22,248 bases of DNA from the NCBI GenBank assembly GCA_008632985.1, contig QPGO01000032.1, positions 617,330-639,577 on the forward strand. The letters are read 5' to 3'. The notes below the pieces were generated by a model. The model was not told the DNA's origin, ran no database searches, and was given only the letters and a program-made list of their open reading frames with translations. Position numbers and translations under genes: made by a program. Origin of the DNA: Psammoneis japonica (lineage: Eukaryota). This document shows, piece after piece, positions 18,810-22,248 of this stretch (position 1 is its first letter; the number at the start of each line of letters is the position of its first letter).

Positions 18810-19867
18810 GGCCTCATACGCAGCGATGGAGAATAATTATGGCATCTGGCATCTCATCACTTTGCAAACCCGGCAAAACTTCAGAAAAATCCAACGGACA
18901 TTTTTTTCCTCACGCCTGGCTGTACGTAGTACGTTTGGTACGGCGTCACACGTAAAGCACGAGCTCGAATTTAATGTTTTAGTAACCCGGAACGTTGCAA
19001 TCGCTGCAATCGTTGCATTTGCACTTTTTTCCCCGTGTAAATAACACGTGTTTTTGTCAGGAGGTGGGGACATCGGGGGACATTTGGGGACACACCACCA
19101 CGAGCTCTTTCGTGTAGAGCAGTACTGAGTTCTACACGTGCACGACATTCGGCATTTTTCTTTTCACTGCCACCATGACATTGGTTGATTTGCAACGCCG
19201 CTCTGCTTGTCTAACGGCAGAGTGGGTGCTTCGACACCTACCCGTTTCGAAGATAAAATGTAAATAGCCGTAGCTTCCACTGCAGCACACTGCGTTGCAA
19301 ACCACAGCAGATGCGTGGTGCGGTTTGAACGATATGGAATCCTTTCAACGAATTCTAGAGCATACGACGCTGAAGCGTACAAGACAAAACAAGAAGAAAA
19401 ACGAACGAACTACTGTTGGAGCTTGTTTCAGCGCAAGCCTCTGTTTTGGCATAGCTGGAGTGTTCCGAATCAATTACGTCCTGTGATTTCTCGGGAAGAT
19501 CGGCAAAAGCGACGTTGCCCCTGCAAGAACGGCCCTCGTGCCTGTGCCACAGGTGCTTCACGTTATACTACAGAAACGCAACTATCGAGGGAGAAAGACG
19601 ATTGCTCGTCGAGAGGGTAGAAACTAGAGTAGGCGAGGATTGATCTCATGCAAGATAGATGCGTGCCGTCACCATACAGTACGCACATCTATCGCGAAAA
19701 GGCGAAGGGAAGGAAACGCACTTCAGTAGCTAGATTTTCACGGCGACGCTTTGTCAAAGGGGAAGGGGTTTGCACTCTACAACTAGAAACGCAGCATTTA
19801 AACCCTCAGTATTACAATACGAAGACGATTTTTCAATTCAGAAGCAATCATCGGGCCTCACTATTTA

Positions 19868-20932
19868 CTATTGTATTCCTGCGTGCTTCATCAAAAAGTC
19901 GAGGACTTGTGAAGCATGCTCTGCTGTCATCTCGTGCATTCCATAGGCAACAGCAATTTCTTCTTCTACAGCAGCACGAAGTCGCGAATTCCCCCGCATA
20001 TCGGTATTTGGTTGCTCTTGCTTCTCAAGGATGTCGTTCAGTCTCATGACATCGTCCAACACATAATCCCAGTGTCCAGTTGTATAGCTCTGCAGCACAA
20101 CACCAGTTTCTCTCAAGAGTTTCCCATCTGCATTCGAGTGGGCCGCTTGCAGCAATAGTTTGCATTTCTGTTTACCAAGTTCAGGAATACGTTGATCGCA
20201 AAGCTCTTTGGTAAACGCGTGAGGTTTCACAGAAAGTTCCAACACGGGGACACTTGCTTCCTGAAGAGCTTTTACTTGTTGTTTGACCCTTCCAGCTGTT
20301 GTGGCATCACGTGACATGTGAACAAAAACTGTTGGAACGGCGTCCTTCATATTCTCGTAAGGCTTAGCCATGATGTAAGAGGCAACAGCACGTAACTCAA
20401 GTGCCTTGCTAGCAATCACCACCATTGCGCCTCCACTGGAAGCGCCCATTCCGATTCGTGGGAGATTCGGATCTAGTCCTTTGGACTCGATCCATTTATC
20501 TATAGCGTGACTCTTTTGAAGTGCCGTCAAGTCGACATGCTTGGACCAGCATCCCGATTCTCGATTATGCGAGGTCAGCGAAAGCACCGCCAAATCACGT
20601 GATAGCGCCAAGTACGCGACGACCCTATCCTCCGGTAGCTCAAACATGTCTTCACCGGAATGCTGACACCCATGAAAAAAGATTAATATGCCCTTTGGTG
20701 AGGCAGGAATCATGTAATGAAATGAATGGTCTTGGAATATCTCCGCTTTGTACTTGAGTGGCGTTATCCGAATGCTTTCGATTGGCAAACTGCTAAGGTT
20801 GTTGACAGAGCTAATAGTGCGTGGGCCCAGAACTAAGCTGACCACCCATAAGCAAACCACGGCTATTACCACACGAACAAACCATGCTGTTGATGATGAT
20901 CTGTTGGAGGGTGACATTGCGACGTTCACCAT
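19868..20932 (-). CDS. Membrane-anchored or secreted alpha/beta-hydrolase fold protein
   Basis: 354-aa ORF; N-terminal TM; IFFHGC oxyanion-type motif; GMGASSGGA nucleophile elbow; C-terminal HEMT. Confidence 0.8.
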   Translation of the reverse strand: MVNVAMSPSNRSSSTAWFVRVVIAVVCLWVVSLVLGPRTISSVNNLSSLPIESIRITPLKYKAEIFQDHSFHYMIPASPKGILIFFHGCQHSGEDMFELPEDRVVAYLALSRDLAVLSLTSHNRESGCWSKHVDLTALQKSHAIDKWIESKGLDPNLPRIGMGASSGGAMVVIASKALELRAVASYIMAKPYENMKDAVPTVFVHMSRDATTAGRVKQQVKALQEASVPVLELSVKPHAFTKELCDQRIPELGKQKCKLLLQAAHSNADGKLLRETGVVLQSYTTGHWDYVLDDVMRLNDILEKQEQPNTDMRGNSRLRAAVEEEIAVAYGMHEMTAEHASQVLDFLMKHAGIQ

Positions 20933-21461
20933 GGTGCATTGCGTTTTTGCGGAGAAATAACAAGCATCAATACATAAAGTTCAAAGTGCATGAAGCGCGC
21001 GGGAAATACAGTACTGTATGCTGTCATCATGATGTCATTATCACGTCATCAGAAATCTTTCCCTGGTCCTTATTGCACCACTCAAGACTGATGCTATCTC
21101 ATGATAAACTCTCTCAATGTGTCGAGTCTAGCACCTATAGTAGCATAGAAGACATTGTACCCAACTAGAAGAAACTCAAACTCTATTGGTTTCGTATAGG
21201 CGGCATCGAAAAGCTTTTGCGGTTGCTCTCCCAGGATCTTCGGGAAGCGATGGCATGTTCTGAAAGTCACGATCTATCCATGAAAAAGAACAAAGATCTT
21301 GGTTTGTTGTACGTAGTTTATGCGCGTTTATACTTGGACGGCGTTGAGATCGCACTCTGATGATTCTACAACATGCAAACGAATTACGGAACGCGATCTG
21401 TACGACTAGAAGTTGGTATAGGTCAACCGCGTGCCATTGGTACTTAGAGAGTTTGACTGTG

Positions 21462-22248
21462 CTATGAACATTGTGGGATACAGCATCCATTTTTCATACA
21501 GCCCATTTCAGTTCGACATGGAATCCAAAACGTGGTCAAAGAAAAGTCACGGAGCTCGCAAATTTCTTTTACAGATCCTCTCATATCCGTGCCATCAATC
21601 TTGAGCGTTCGGAGGTGGCTCAAGTTCCTAATCGTGGAAGGCAAAGTCCCACTCATTCGCGTTCGACCAACATCAATAACACGAAGAGATGCGCAACGAC
21701 CAATTTCGGATGGAAGACTGCCCGATAGATTGTTCGCTGCAAGAATTAAGCTTTCAAGTAAAGCCAAACTCCCAATCTCGGAGGGGATGTTCCTTCTAGC
21801 CCTCCAGTCAGGATGGCAAAGTGAGATAATTTGTCCAACTTGCCTATCTCCGTTGGGATTGTTCCCCGTAGTTGGTGGCCATCGGCGACCAAATACTCCA
21901 AGGAACTGATGTCTGCCAACGTAGTGGGGATCGTTCCTTTTATGTTGGTATAAGAGAAATCCAAGATTCGAAGCTTGGAAAGGCTTCCTAGTTCAGACGG
22001 CAAAGTTCCATCGAAGGAATTGGAACGCAGCTCAACAGCTTCAATTTCCGGCCAATGAAGAACCTTGTCAAATACAGGCCCCTCAAAGTTATTTCCATCC
22101 AAAAGAAACCACTTGATACGATTCATAGAGGACATTGACTCGGGTAGAGTACCTGTGAACATGTTTTGTTCTATCCCAAGCACCCGCAGATTTGCCAGAG
22201 ATCCTATTCTGTCGCTGAGAGTACCTTCAAGCCTATTCGTCCACAGAT
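21462..22248 (-). CDS. Plant-type LRR protein, C-terminal part (starts beyond the window), with a 1-nt frameshift near 21789
   Basis: Repeated LxxLxLxxNxxxGxxPxxxG units in ORFs 21746..22183 and 21462..21767. The frame stays open to the window edge (LWTNRLEGTLSDRIGSLANLRV). Cys-rich C-cap (CRTEMGCMKNGCCIPQCS). Confidence 0.8.

Noticed and set aside
18990..19145. GGGGACA x3, TGCAATCG x2 and two CACGTG boxes upstream of the sulfotransferase
   Set aside because: Plausible promoter motifs, but too short to support from sequence alone.
18840..19860. Short ORFs between the sulfotransferase and hydrolase genes
   Set aside because: No domain features or consistent coding signal; treated as intergenic.

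Overview
Eukaryotic, gene-dense DNA, most likely from a diatom or another stramenopile (inferred from a CoDi-type copia element, a short GT-AG intron and an RxL-type secreted protein). Host genes flank the window: a spliced secreted protein (277-1585), a membrane protein, a Golgi-type carbohydrate sulfotransferase, an alpha/beta-hydrolase and a frameshifted LRR protein. The centre (2217-15752) is a 13.5-kb nest of dead transposons. A TIR-bounded Mutator-like (MULE) element carries an OTU-protease-like second gene. Its transposase is interrupted by a 346-bp MITE and by a full-length 7.06-kb Ty1/copia retrotransposon (276-bp LTRs, CCCCA target duplication). The main signal is that the nest has been almost stripped of TpA dinucleotides by TA->TG and TA->CA changes. 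Conserved Tyr have become Cys/His, and the two LTRs differ almost only at such sites, while CpG tracts and flanking genes are largely spared. This looks like a RIP-like, repeat-targeted A-to-G hypermutation process, opposite in direction to fungal RIP. All counts were made by eye.
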